The position numbers were made by a program, and so were the translations under genes. From Bispira polyomma (taxonomy: Eukaryota), in NCBI GenBank assembly GCA_965649765.1, contig OZ287761.1, positions 15,748,001 to 15,812,000 on the forward strand: 64,000 nt of DNA, in the 5' to 3' direction. Position 1 is the first letter of the stretch. The number at the start of each line of letters is the position of its first letter. Below are positions 1 to 13,251 of this stretch, in pieces. Under the pieces are notes generated by a model. The model worked only from the letters and a program-made list of their open reading frames with translations. It did no database searches and had not been told where the DNA came from.

Positions 1-398
1 GAACTCTGATAAGTGGAATTACATATTAAGTAATTGCAAATTTTTCGAATAAATTTTAGGTAGAACTCCTGTTAAATAGAACAAATTCTTATGTTCCCTT
101 TAGATTCGATTTAACAGAGTTCCACTGTACGAAAGATTTAGACTAGCTGTGTGCAATACTTGTCGGAATATTTGAGGTGAACATTGAAATTTGTTTTTGT
201 TAATACATGTTTTCGAATAAATTATATCAGTAATTTAAAAGGACTACTTGCATATATCAGAAATTCAATCAGCAACTGACATAATAAAGGTTTGCAATTG
301 GTTTTTAGTATCTTACAAAATATTAAGCGAACAGCTGTATCAGTACTTTGTTATAATTTATGCAAATATTTTAAGACTCTGGACTAACTACCGATATC

Positions 399-571
399 TA
401 CCCTAAACTCCCTCGTAATTGTCCATGCTTTCATAAGAGCCCACCCCTAGTTTTCTATAAATACCGTTAAAATTTTGAATGAAAAAAACACATTCTCCTT
501 AAAGCCCATCCCCTACATTTCCTTAAGTTCAAGTTAAAAGCTCATGGGCTATTACGAGGGAGTTTAGGGTA
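399..571. mobile_element. MITE, TA-flanked (Tc1/mariner-like)
   Basis: Perfect inverted termini TACCCTAAACTCCCTCGTAAT. A second copy lies at 14972-15143. Confidence 0.85.
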
Positions 572-1962
572 TATAACTTTTAGCTGACTTTCGGAGTTGC
601 TGGCAAAAAAAGCCGACATATATATTTCCTGTGAAGTAATTTCTGGTAAACTTGTTTGGAATTGAAGGGTAATGGTAACATCTATTTCATGAGTGTAATC
701 CATTCTATCTTGACATCATTAGCCTCCCAAACTAACCTTAAATTGTTCCAAATGTGCCCAACCGCTACTTCAAAGAGGCCTTGCCCATCACACTGAAACC
801 TAATGCATTCGACATTGATTTATTTTGTACTTCTTTGAGGCAAGAAATCATCCAGATTCTGTTTTACACAAAAAAAGTAAGTTAATGCCTTGAATTGTCT
901 TTGAATTTAAAAAGTTCACACGGTTGAATTAAAAAAGAATACTCCCTACATGTTTTATATCTTTGCAAAAAAAATGAGTTATTCTATAGTAATGAATGAT
1001 ATTTCTAAACAGCAGTCACACTACTCCCGATTTAATTGTCCCAGATCAGGGGTACCGGGTGTCTAGTTAGGAGTGTGAATCGAAAAACTACAGCATTTTA
1101 GCCTGGATAAAATAATTACATCAAACGCCAGTTTGAGTAGCAACAAGGTCACAAATCTGTAATGACTAAGTAAGGATATGTACGTCATTTTTGATAATGG
1201 GTGTCTCTCAACGGATGACGTCAGCAACTTATCCAGGGTTCTCTCTCCCTGGAGTAAGGAATCTAAAATTCACGACTGTATCTCAAATTGGCCACCTAGA
1301 AAATGTTGTGTTTTTGGTGGAAATTGTGGGTACTATTTGGTGAAATTAAGATTTCTGTGACTGTTTTGCCTTACTTACCTAAATTCCAGTTATTTTTCGC
1401 CCACTTTTTATTGGTTTGGGTTAAAATTCTAGGGGGTGACGAATTTCACAGACAGATTCCTTATTCTATATTTTTTTTATATTTCCGACGTGTGTGTGCT
1501 TTTATGTCAAGAGAAAGTTTAAAGAGTGAGATTGGTTAGTAGATGTCACAGCCATGAAGGGGGCAGTCTGAAGCCTCTGACCATATTATTTCAATCTCAA
1601 CTCAGACTCCAGCAGCTTTCAAATCTAACATACCCATATCTCTGGCTAGAGTGAAGTTACTTCAAATCTGACTTCATATTTGAATTCAGTGTTGAAAGCT
1701 CTATTAAAATGAATGGTCACAAGTATAGGTTAGTGACTAGCGTACAGCCCTCAAATGAGTTGAGTCTGAATTTAAGTTTGTGAGTTTCTTTGTAGAATAA
1801 GAAACCCCTAGAATAGAATGACAGAAGATTTGTGACAAATAGGTCACTTCTAACCATATACTGGCACTCTGATTGTTGGCTTACAGGGAAAAACTGCCTA
1901 GAAATATCGTCTACTACCTATTTTTTTTATATTCCTTAATGATTAAGAATGTCAGTCTGGTT

Positions 1963-2239
1963 CTGGAGCCTTATTCTCAAAAAAACTCCGAGTCATACTA
2001 AAATAAAGACTAAGTGTAATTCCTATTTATGAAAAGTACTTGTACTTGTAACCATTCATTGTAATAGAGCTTTCCGTGCTGAATTTAAATATGCAGTCAG
2101 ATTTTGTTTTACTATACTCTTATAAAAGATAAGAAGACCTTATAGTTGAGCTTGAGTCTCAGTTAAGCTAAATAAGGCGAGATTAGATTTGAGCTTAAGT
2201 CTAAGTGGAGCTTTAGAGTTTTGAAGAATATGACCACTG
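1963..2239. mobile_element. MITE family D
   Basis: Core and both termini. Confidence 0.75.
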
Positions 2240-2952
2240 GTATAATACAGGGTTTCTGAAAATAAATTTTAGTATATTGTACTTAATCCTTTAAGTTTGT
2301 CTTGTTTTTATAGCTTATGCAGTCGTTTTTTTACCTTAAGCATTAAAATTAATACGAATGTTTCTAGCAATAATTATAGTTATTTTACAGCTGAGCTATA
2401 TACTCAGCTGTCTGTCTATATTTTGGAAAAATGGTTTTATGTCTCAACCAATTTGATTGGTTAAAAATAGAAACCTAATTAGTATAGAAACCTAATCAAT
2501 AGAAACCTAATTAGTATTTAACTGGCCTGTCTTTTGTTTTAACACTGAAACTAAGAAAATTCTAAGAATTGTATTCTCACAATATTTGTGACTCCTTGTG
2601 TTGTTTCGAACAAGAACACTTAATGATAGTAACTGGCCTGTCTTTGTTTTAACCAATTTATTTTGTTGAATTTGATCAGCTGAAACTAAAAAAATTCTAA
2701 AAATCGTATTCTGTGGCGTTTTGAACAAGAAAACCTAAGGATATCTAATTGGTCTGTCCTTTGTTTGAAGTAATTGTTGATGTTAATAACACCTTTATAA
2801 ATGACATAGTAGATGCTTATACTCACCTTTTCAACCCAATGTGGTCGGCAAGTAATGAACAACATTTGTTGCTCCCTGAGAACCTCCTTTATAAATGACA
2901 TAGTAGATGGTTTAATAATAATATCAACCCTTTCGACCCCTATGTTGTTGGC

Positions 2953-3150
2953 ACCTCTGGGCGGCGTGAGTTCGAATCCCGTCAATGCCTATGTGTGAAA
3001 GGTGGTAGTTCCTTACTGTGGGCCGCTTGTTTTAGTGCATAACCTTGATCAACTGTATGCAGTGTTTCCTCCAGCGTTTCCAACTACCCGTCCCAATATA
3101 ACCTACTAAAAGGTACTAGAGTGGACGTTAAATATCCAAATTCAAATTCA
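2953..3150 (+). mobile_element. tRNA-derived SINE family A, 5'-truncated
   Basis: B-box GTTCGAATCC, body nearly identical to the copies at 12.5, 21.8 and 51 kb, and an (AAATTC)n tail. Degenerate TSD CCCTATGTTGTTGGC / CCCTATTTTGTCGGC. Confidence 0.88.
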
Positions 3151-3360
3151 ACCCTATTTTGTCGGCCAGCAGTCAACAGCATTTGTTATTTCCAGAACCT
3201 ACTTCTGTCAGCAAGCAGTTGACGCCCCCAAAAATATTATTTTATTTTTCCTTCAGTTTCCCACAATAGGAAATTGTCAGTACAGCAGGCTCCGTTGTTT
3301 AAAACATTATACGTGAGGCCGGTATTGAATGTCAGAATCATTCTGTGGTGGGCGTTTTTT

Positions 3361-3692
3361 TGCCTAAGCTTGTTTTCAGTATATTTTTTATACACCGATG
3401 TCGGCCGATTTTATCGGTTACTATTTGATATTAGGAACTGCTTCCTTTCAACATATTTCCCCCAGATCAGATGTCGACAGACGTCTGTTCCACCATGAGA
3501 TATTATTCGTCAGGGAGCGAAAAAAATTGGGTAGACGGTTTTAAACAACAATTAAGAAGAAAACAAAAATTTATTTTATTTTACATAGTATATATCAGAT
3601 GAAAGGAAGTGCTACATAGGCTGATGTTGGATCGGCTCGGATGTTAATAAATCGGCTGACGTCGGAATCGGCTGAAAGGAAGCCCAGGCTAA
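3361..3692. mobile_element. MITE with TAGCCTG-type termini (Academ-like)
   Basis: TIR approximately TAGCCTGGGCTTCCTTTCAG. Inverted copy at 19406-19722 and a partial copy at about 36390-36592. Confidence 0.7.
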
Positions 3693-4079
3693 GTCACTCC
3701 AACCTATTACCAAAAAATGTCCATCAATTCCGGCAATAGTTTTCTCTTGGGGGTCAAAAGGGTTAAACTGTATTATCTTTATGTTGTTTTGTATGCCATG
3801 CTATTCAGTGTGAGTATAAGTGTCAAGTTGAATTATACCAGAAATAAATCTCTGCCGGTATGCCAGGAATAAAGTCTCTTAAGGCCAGACCTGTCTTTAT
3901 GGGGGAAAAAATAACTGTAAAATTGAATTCCCCAGCAAAAACGCAAGTAGAATGGTTAAAGAGCCACTGCTTAAATGGGTTTTGACAGGATAAGGGAAGA
4001 TCAGCTCTCTTGAGGGAAATGTTATGACTTCATACAAGTCACGTGAATAGGAATTCTTCTCAAGAAGGATAACCACATT

Positions 4080-4316
4080 TAGAGTAAGAAATCTAAAATT
4101 AGCCACCTTATCTAAAATTCGTTACCTAAAAAAATGTGTTTTTTTGGTAGAATTGTGGGTAATATTTTGCTGAAATTGAGATTTTTGGGATTATATTACC
4201 TTAATTAATAATATTTAAATTCCAGTTATTTTTCACCCAGTTGTTATTGGTTTAACTTAAACTTTGAGGTTGGTGAATTTGCAGATACAGTGGCAAATTT
4301 TAGATTCCTTACTTTA
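4080..4316. mobile_element. MITE family C (~235 bp, ~40-bp TIR TAGAGTAAGGAATCTAAAATTCGCCACTGTATCTGAAATT)
   Basis: Long TIR, about 12 copies in the window. Partial copies at about 1251-1470, 20462-20655, 31155-31273, 48304-48461 and 57704-57842. Confidence 0.85.
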
Positions 4317-5248
4317 ATGTCTACTGTCCCCAATGTGGCTCATCTGTCATTTACGATGGAATTTAATACAGTTTTTTATCTGTATAAGTCTACGTTTACA
4401 TGTCGGCGATAGGCTATGGCAACAAAGGGACGGCCGATGGCAATCTTTATGCTTTTGCTACCAGGCGCATTGGGCTTTGCTCACATAGTAACAGATACTT
4501 CTAATTCACTGAAAACGATAAAATTGCCGTAGGATGTCAAAAAATTGCCTGCATGGAAACACCCACTAAGAGGTTACAATTTTTCATGGAGAATGATTTA
4601 ATTTCTATCAAATGATATTTATATGAAGGCATATGCATTCTGCCATATAAATGTGTGTTTTAATGTGTCATTTATTCCATCCTGAACTATAAATATTAGA
4701 GATTAAAATTTTTCATGAAGGAAGATTTAATTTCAATCAAATGATATATATTAAGGCTTATGCATTCTGCTGTTTAAGTATAGTTTTTAATGGATGACTT
4801 ATTCCATCTTAAACTATAGATATTGATCATAGATTTAGCAGCTTGAATACATGAAATGCAACATGACAGACTTTTAGTTAAGAATATGCTTTTTTCTTCC
4901 TTTACTGCATTTGGTAATGCTAACGGTCTGAGCCTTTGATGTGAGTGCATTTTCAACTGTTGCTCATAGTGACCAAATATGTATCTAAACTGGTGATACT
5001 GATTATAATTGCACGTATTTCACCACCCTCAAGTTATATATACTGCCACAAAAGGGTTAAAATTATGTGTCTAAAATTAAGCTGCAAGTTAATCGTATGT
5101 TCCATTATAAAGTTCTAATGACCATATAGACGCTTTAAATGGAATGTTCCATATAGATGCTTTAAAATGGAATGTTTTTGAAGTGTTCATGTATTTATTA
5201 TCTATATCGATCCACAGAAATAGGGGTTTTCTATTACTAGTTTACTGT

Positions 5249-5904
5249 ATAAAGCCATGGTCCCACCGGATGTACGTTAGTTTATGTAAGTCACGCAAGG
5301 GCCGTGTAAATAGTTGCTGCAAAAGTTGATGCAAAACCCCAATTATTGCTTTTTTTCACGTGAAATTTCCGTATTTGTACGTCGAAACATGTAAGGTCCC
5401 GCAGGGGATGCTTAAGTGCACGTCAAAGTACATATTTAAACCCCCGTATGACACGTATGAGTACGCCAATACATGTTGAAGGCCATCATTTTTTACGTTT
5501 AAGTATGTTTAATTACGTTAAACCATGTCATTAATACCTTATATCTACGTAATTCTACTTTATCTCCCGTCAACTTGCAAGTATTCGTACGCTGTATGAT
5601 GCCTATGACGTTGTAAGTCATCTGTGTACATTGATGTACGTCGGGACACATTATATAAAGTAATGACCTGCAAGAGGACGTTGTAGCTGACGTTTGCTTC
5701 ACGTTTCAGAGCGTCAAACTTTTACATGTCCTGCGTGTTCAAATTTCAAATGGTTTAAAATTATAAATTTCTTGCGTGTCATCTCTCACGCCAGGTTATG
5801 TTTGTTTATGTATATTACGTCAGCTCCCTGCAAATACCACGCAAAACTACACAAATTAATTTTCTAACGACTTCTAACATGACGGCCGTCGCGACCAGGA
5901 CATT
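5249..5904. mobile_element. Probable decayed non-autonomous DNA transposon
   Basis: CpG-rich (ACGT-rich) island with weak inverted ends TAAAGCCATGGTCCCAC / GTCGCGACCAGGACATTA. Confidence 0.4.
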
Positions 5905-6146
5905 AGATGCCAAATTTTAGGTGGAAGAAAATTTTTTTCACTATTTTAAAATTTAAAAACTTCCTATGAATTAATTTTGATTCTTTGCAAATTAAAATAT
6001 ATTCTCTCTGAATTATTCTTCACTGTCCAAACTTTTTAGCTAAAATTAATTTGTGTTGTTGAAAAGGTTCTCTTTTGTGGTATCAGTTCATCTCCTCCCA
6101 TTGCTGTACAAATCTTTCCTCCTTTTCTTCTTCCATCTAACACACA

Positions 6147-6413
6147 GAGGCTGTTAAACCACAAAGCTCTTTGTCTAAACTTGAGCTTGCTTAAGATTTT
6201 GGTCTTTGATTTTGATCGAAAAGGGTTAAGGTTTTTGGTCTTAGTCCCAGTGACAGTAAAGAATAGATCTTTGGCTTTAGTGTTATAACTTTTAACTCTC
6301 AACACTTTGAGACTAACAGTAGGCAGTATCCTAAATACATGTATTTTAGACATAAACGTTAAATTTTAGACTATGTAAAGACTAAAACATTTTTGTGAGA
6401 ACAGCCACCGGGG
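6147..6413. mobile_element. MITE family E (TTAAGAC/GTCTTAG-rich, Harbinger-like termini)
   Basis: Core TTTTGGTCTTAGTCCCAGTGACAGTAA. Other copies at about 11355-11570, 41943-42100, 46453-46810 and 57900-58150. Confidence 0.75.
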
Positions 6414-7004
6414 TCATTCTCATGCTGCACCATGTTTCACTCACAAGTGCTGCTCTCTCTGAAAGATTCATGTAAACACTGAACATTTAGCTGTCACAGA
6501 TATATTTTGCCATGTTCTCATGTACATTTGATGCCCTATATTTTAACTGGTATTTTTATGTGTATGTATCACAGGTTTAATTTATATCAGAACAGTTAGC
6601 TTGTCTAATACATTCATATCATGTCTAAGTATGACGAAAATATGGCATGAATTGCTCTGATGAATCAAACATCAGAATAAATTAAAAGTACTTAAATAGA
6701 AAGCATTTAGTTGATGCTTAAAATGACTAAATCTATTTAGGATTATGATGAATAAACCATCAAAATAAAAAACGGATTAAGGTAGAAAGATTCAATTCAG
6801 ATGATGCTAAGACGACCAATTCTATGACCTTCTTCATAAGTTATTCTCCATGGTAAATCACTTAGCTTGGTACTTTTATTAGTTTAAAGTCATTTGATTT
6901 GTTTACCAAACCATTTGCTGTTTTCCATTAAGATGCAATGTGACTAGAGTAATCAATTAGGGGCAGAAAGGAATTTGTGTGTGTATTTTTAGCGTCAGTA
7001 TTAA

Positions 7005-7288
7005 CCCCTTGACGACCATGTCTGTGGACCAGCAGTCGATGTCCATTTCTATTCGCTAGTGCCATGTCCGTTGGCCAGCAGTAGACGATACATAATATTT
7101 TCATATCGCTCCCTCAGCACCCAGGAATATAATTTTTGTGGTACAGTGCTTTTGACATAAAATTAAATATATTTTGTAATTTGTAATATAATCAGTCCTT
7201 TCAAAAACGTCATTGGTGACGTCTTGAAAGTGGGTAAAACTATTCTCCCTTGGTTTAGTAGAATTTCTCTCCATCAATGGCGCAGGGG
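7005..7288. mobile_element. piggyBac-like MITE
   Basis: TTAA-CCCCT...AGGGG-TTAA. Subterminal GGCCAGCAGT motif shared with the 2928 element. Confidence 0.7.
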
Positions 7289-7724
7289 TTAAGAATAATG
7301 CCAACACATATTAATTTTTTTTGGAAATACCATATAAACTATATCTTGATAATGAAAATATGAAAACTTTTTCAGAAAGTGGAACGTAATAGTAGCAACA
7401 AAAACAGATAAGTGAGTAAAGTTTGTAAAAATTAGGATTGCAGTCATTCAACATGCTCCAATAACTCGTAGCCAGAATCCTACAGGGAAAACATATATTA
7501 CTTCAGAAGATTAAGCAAAGCCGACCGAGAACATAGTATAATAGCACTGTATGTAGTCAGCAGATTCACAAGATTGCCCCCTAGCGGGTGTTCTTGTAAC
7601 TATTTGTGTAAGCCTATGCTTTAGACACTCATGCCCCCCTCTATTTCTGTGATGTCTAATGTGCGCAACTTTCTCTTTCTACTGCTATTTATCTTGCTTT
7701 CTATACACAGATCACTCGTACATT

Positions 7725-7956
7725 TAGAGTAAGGAATCTAAAATTTTCCACTGTATTTTAAATTCACTACCCCCTAAACTTCAAGCCAAATCAATAAAAA
7801 ACTGGGCGAAAAATAACTGGAATTTAGGTGAGGCAAAATAGTCACACAAATCTCAATTTCAGCAAATATTACCCACAATTGTACCGAAAAAACCCACAAG
7901 ATTTACCAGGTGGCAAATTTCAGATACAGTGGCAAATTTCTAGATTCTTTACTCTA
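7725..7956. mobile_element. MITE family C
   Basis: TAGAGTAAGG...TTACTCTA. Confidence 0.88.
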
Positions 7957-9634
7957 GTTCTAATCCTTTGAAACTTTTTCTTTTCCCTCTGTGTGCGGGA
8001 ACTATTTTGATTCATTTCACATCAGTGCAAGTGGAAAAGTAGTCCGTCATCCTTGCTTGTAAGCATCTGACACCGGGGTCTCCCCCTGGCAGCTTATTAT
8101 GTCATTATTTCCAATAATTGCAAGACCAGAGACTGTTTATTCTTTTAACAAACTTAAGCTCAAACTCAGATTTAACTCAAAGGAAGGCTATATATGGAAG
8201 TACATTAAAAAAAAATCTGTACTTTGGACCATTCCTTTTAATAGAGCTTTCAGCATTGAATTCAAATATGCAGTCAGATGTTAAATAACTTCTATTATAG
8301 CCAAGATATGGATTTTTTGAGATTAGATTTTGAGCTTAAATTATTTTGAGAATACACTAATAGGTGCTTGAAATGTTTTGAAATATGGTTCAGATGTCTT
8401 ACTTTAAGTCCAGATTCTCAGCATCACACATAATATTGGCAGCAGTGGGATGACAGAAATATAAAAAATTATAACTTCAAACTATATTCTGCATATAGAT
8501 TGAATTCTGCATGTAGATTGAATTTACTTGGGTTTAACACGACTTTCAACACATTTTATTTTCATATCACAACGGGCAGTTCTCTACTGGAGGCAATCAG
8601 GGCAGGGCAGTTGGTAAAGGTTTTCTGCTTTGCAAGTGTTCCACTGCATCTTCCAATGTAGAATTGTGCGATTTGTGATAATTATCAAACGTGATGACTG
8701 TGACCTGAGTGCCTTCAGGTATTTAGATAGAAAAACAGAAACAGAGCTTTGGTCATGCATGTTTTCTTTGACAGAATGATTGCACAAAAACCTCACAGAA
8801 AACAAGAATTGTGTTGGTTAAAAAGACACAGGCACACGGTGTGAGAAATATCAATCTAACACCCCGCAGTTTTAGCCAGGTCCATTGCTTGCAACTAATC
8901 CATGAAGACCTTACATGTTATTTCTAACATGGTGGCAATATCAGACAGCGCCTGATAATCTAAATCTGACACCCCACAGTTTTGGCCGGGTCGATTGCTT
9001 CCAACTAATCCATGAAGGCGGTTACATATTTCCAGCATGGCTGCGCCTGATAAAAATGTTCAGAATCTCTGTGAATGAGGCCCCAGATTATCTTTGTAAG
9101 ACTAGAAGGTAATCTGTTATGGTAGCTCTGTGTGGTAGTGATCAGTGAAATGTTGTGTAACACACTCGGTCTATGTCTTTACAAACTTGTATTCACAAGG
9201 GGCTGTTTTTGCCGAAGATCTTTAGCTCCAGTCTAAAGTGCCCATATCTCTTAAAAGTGAAATCTGACTGCATATTTGAATTCAGCACCGAAAGCTTGAT
9301 TAAAATGAATAGTCACAAGTATAGGTTATAACATATACAAGAATTTTCCCTCAGCCTTCATTTGAGTTGAGTGTAAGTTTGAGGTTGAGTTGAAGAATAC
9401 ATGCCTTGGAATGTCAGTATAGTACACTACCTATGTATCTTGTTATAAGGGGTGTGTGGTATCTGCCTGTCAAAGTCGGGTATCATAAGGGCATATTATA
9501 AGTAATAAGTTAGTAGAAAGGATCAGTGACTGTTGCCTCCAGATGTCACAATGATCATGTTAAGTTTAGTATTATTAACCTGGTTATCAGTCTTAGCCAT
9601 GTTCAACCTGCTGGTACAAATAGAACATGGTTGT

Positions 9635-10315
9635 CCAGTAATTGTGAAGTGGGCGCTTCTAACTACTAGGCCACCGTGTCATAAACAAGAAGGAATGAAC
9701 AGGTTTTAAACCCACATTAGTGAGTGGCAAGTAATTGTGAAGCAGGTGCTTCTAATCTCTAGGTAACCATGGCATAAACAAGAAAGAATGAACAAAATTC
9801 AAACCCACATTGGTGAGTGGCCAGTGATTAACTTATAACTACAAAGCCACCAATGGCATGAATAAGAAATAATTAACAGGATTTAAACACCGATTGGTGA
9901 GAGACTAGTGATTGTGAAGCAGGTGCTTCTGACCACAAGGTCACCGTGGCATAAACAAGAAAGAATGAACACAATTCAAACACAGATTGGTGAGTGGCCA
10001 GTGATTAACTTATAACTACAAAGCCACCAATGGCATAAATAAGAAATAATTAACAGGATTTAAACACAGATTGGTGAGAGACTAGTGATTGTGAAGCAGG
10101 TGCTTCTGACCACAAGGTCACCGTGGCATAAACAAGAAAGAATGAACAAAATTCAAACACAGATTGGTGAGTGGCCAGTGATTGTGAAGCAGGCACTTCT
10201 ATTACCGTGGCATAAATAAAAAAGAATTAACAGGATTCAAGCCCACATTGATGAGTGAGTGGCCAGTGATTGTAAAAAAGGCGCTTCAAACCACTTGGCC
10301 ACCGTGGCATAAACA
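9635..10315 (-). repeat. Tandem array of SINE-B tRNA-like heads (8 A-box halves, 83-94 bp units)
   Basis: Unit GCCACGGTGGCCTAGTGGTTAGAAGCACCTGCTTCACAATCACTGGCCACTCACCAATGTGGGTTTGAATCCTG matches the SINE-B 5' end. Includes a ~177-bp higher-order dimer. Confidence 0.88.
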
Positions 10316-11213
10316 CGCATAATCTGTGTATTTTTCCATACTTCTAACATGTATCTCTCCTCTTTGGGGTGGGGGGGATTTACTAACCCCCAACTTACAG
10401 CCAGTGTTGTTTTATCACCCTAAATAAATATTCTTTCATGTGACACAAATACTAGCTATCAAACTTGTTTAGTCCTTCTCCCAGGCCCCCCCCCCCCCCT
10501 GAAGTCACTATCAAGGCACATATTACACCCAAAGGACCCAGTGACGTCATAGTCTCTATCTTCTGTTTACAACAGCCCCTCTCTGAATTAAATGCTATTA
10601 AACACTAGCTATTTTACTTTTGTTCAAATGTCACATTTTAAACATTTTAATGTTTATGGGAGATGTTAATTTTTACTTATAATATTTAGACTTAGAACTA
10701 TGTATTTAATGCTATTCGTTTAATTAATTTTTGAAAGGATTTAAGAAACAGTTTATATTATTGGACCCATTAAAATAAGTGCTTAACTATAGGGGGGGTT
10801 GTACAGTGTGTTGCATCCAGATAAAAGCTACATGGGTGTGCAATAAGGGACCATGCAGTATTTCAATCAAAGGGCCGCACAGGAAGAGCTTTGATGTTGT
10901 CTGTCTTCCCCCCATCCTCCAAGGCCATGCCACTTGTTTAGTTAATTTTCTCCATTTCATTGTTTTTCCCTTGGGTACAAGTTATTATTTTTACCATAAT
11001 TTGTTCAATTGTGGACACTAACTCTTGAACTGCAAGCCAAATCAGGCCATCAATAGAAATGACTGTTTTTTATTCATAGGGCAGAATAATATACAGTTGC
11101 TTGTTTTTCATTTGCAGCAATAGCCATCTTGGCTTGGGCTAGAAAATTGATACTCTTGCCCTCAATCTTTTTGACCTCTGAGTAGCATTTGATGCTATCA
11201 ATTAAAGCATAGT

Positions 11214-11355
11214 GTATGTCATACTCAAACGAGTGGTTTCGTTATGTCATACTCTAAAAAGATGGTCTGGTTATGTCATACTGTAAAAGTGGTTTGGTTA
11301 TGTCATACTCCAAAAGATGGTTTAATTATGTCATACTCCAAAAATGGTTTGGTTG
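11214..11355. repeat. ~28-bp minisatellite, about 5 copies
   Basis: GTTATGTCATACTCCAAAAGATGGTTTG units. Confidence 0.85.
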
Positions 11356-12476
11356 TAGAGACGCTGTCCTAGACTTGGTTCACATGGCTTAAGATTATGG
11401 TCTTACATTTCGACTGAAAAGGTTAGGATTTTGGTCTTAGTCCCAGTAAAAGTAAGAAAAGCTTAGTGTTGACTTTGCTCTTAGCACTAAGACTAACTGT
11501 AGCCAGTCTTAAATAATTTAGACATAAATCTTATGTTTAAGACTTGGTTAAGACTAAGACCTTTTTCTGTGGCTGCACAATATTTCTGTGTGTAGGCTTG
11601 TAGTCTAAATGGGGTCCAACATAAGAGATATTACGGTAGTTCTTGAACATGTCACCACCTTAAAGGGGCAGACATCATGTAGTAATGGTCTCTGTGTATA
11701 AACATTGTTTGGTTCCACTTGGATAAACTGTTGATTGGTTCTAATTATCTCTGTTCCTGCACACATGTGGGGTTTGCCTTTTAACCTTTTAACTATGACC
11801 TACTTTTAAAATGGGTTTTCCAAGGACTTTTAGTGGGGTACTGAGATTATACAAGAACTGGAATTACTCCCCCTTCAAACATTTGCTGCAAAGGTAGTAC
11901 GCTACTTTATTTGTGGACAAAAGTATTTTTCTCCCCAAACAATTTTGTTTTAAAAGGGAATGTTTTACATAGAAAAATCACAGAAAGTTATTTGTACCGT
12001 ATTACAACGATAATGTGAGCGAGAAGCACATTGCCCCCAGCTTTCGTAAAACAGACATATGCCAAACAGACAAGCTCATTGTTTATTCATGAATGTAATA
12101 AACATGATATAATGTACATTTTATCGAAGTAAGAAAGAAATTTATTAAATTTAGTGCAGATCTGAATAAAACTGAGGGAGTACAAAGTTCTTAGTGTGTA
12201 CTTTAATTAGTATTTACCTTATAGCCCCCAAACTTATTATAAAATAGATGATTCGGTCAAATAAGTTATTCATCTGAATTTGAATATGCTATTTATTAAA
12301 TGGCCCGACTTTGAGAAGTCTAAGTCTGTAACTAAAGCACAGACGGTGTGTGATTTTGCTGCTATCCCTATTCCCCCCCGCTACTAACTTCTGGTGCGGT
12401 CTAGTAAGGTTTAAAACTTAAAAGCCCACTTGGAAGTAACTTTGCTGTGTTCACCTTCTCCATCTAGCGAGGTAAA

Positions 12477-12739
12477 TTTGAATTTAAATTGGGATATTTA
12501 ACGTCCACTCTAGTACCTGTTTAGATTATACTGGGAAAGGTAGTTGGAAACGCTGGAGGAAACACTGCATACAGTTGATCAAGATTCTGCACTGAAACCA
12601 GCAGCCCACAGTAAGGAACTACCACCTTTCCCACATAGGCATCGACGGGAGTCGAACTTACGCCAGCCGATCCGAGAGGTGAGAGACCAGTGATTCTAAA
12701 GCGCAGTGCTTGCTAACCACTAGGCCACCGCGGCCCCCC
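12477..12739 (-). mobile_element. tRNA-derived SINE family A, full length
   Basis: A-box TGGCCTAGTGG and B-box GTTCGACTCC. 14-bp TSD TCTAGCGAGGTAAA at 12463-12476 and 12740-12753. Confidence 0.92.
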
Positions 12740-12981
12740 TCTAGCGAGGTAAAAAGCAATTCATTGTGTGACAGGTGTCAAACACAAATTTTAAAAATTT
12801 TAAACTTTTTTCATGAGTCAAAAGAAATTATTCAAAGTAACTGAACCTCTATGGTCTACCAATTTTTCTGAGGAATATCTCGCGCTAATCTGCACAGACC
12901 CTTTTAATTTTGTACCCAAGTCAGAGCTTAGAACTCCTCTTGTTTACAGGTATACATTTGAGTATCCCAGACTTAAATGAT

Positions 12982-13228
12982 CAGGGCCTGTATTCTCGAA
13001 CGTATACTCAGCTTAAACTCATACTCAACTCAAATACAAGGCCATTTGGAAATCATTGTACATGTGGAAATAACCTAGTATACTTGTGATCATTCATTTT
13101 AATAGAGCTTTTAACACTGAATTCAAATATGAAGTCAAATTTTAGATATGTTTCCTGTGTTCAGAGTTATAGAGAATCCAGATAAGTTTTTGTTTGAGCT
13201 GAGATGGTGTTCCAGAATACCAGCCCTG
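12982..13228. mobile_element. MITE family D
   Basis: CAGGGCCTGTATTCTCGAA...GAATACCAGCCCTG. Confidence 0.85.
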
Positions 13229-13251
13229 GGGTCATATTCTATAACCCAGCC

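Larger units (their letters stand above)
2928..3762. mobile_element. piggyBac-like MITE carrying two nested insertions
   Basis: TIR CCCTTTCGACCCC / GGGGTCAAAAGGG, flanked by TCAA and TTAA. Confidence 0.65.

Noticed and set aside
9635-10315. CRISPR-like array or true tRNA gene cluster
   Set aside because: There are no unique spacers or cas genes and the context is eukaryotic. The units match SINE heads and lack a pairing acceptor and anticodon stem.
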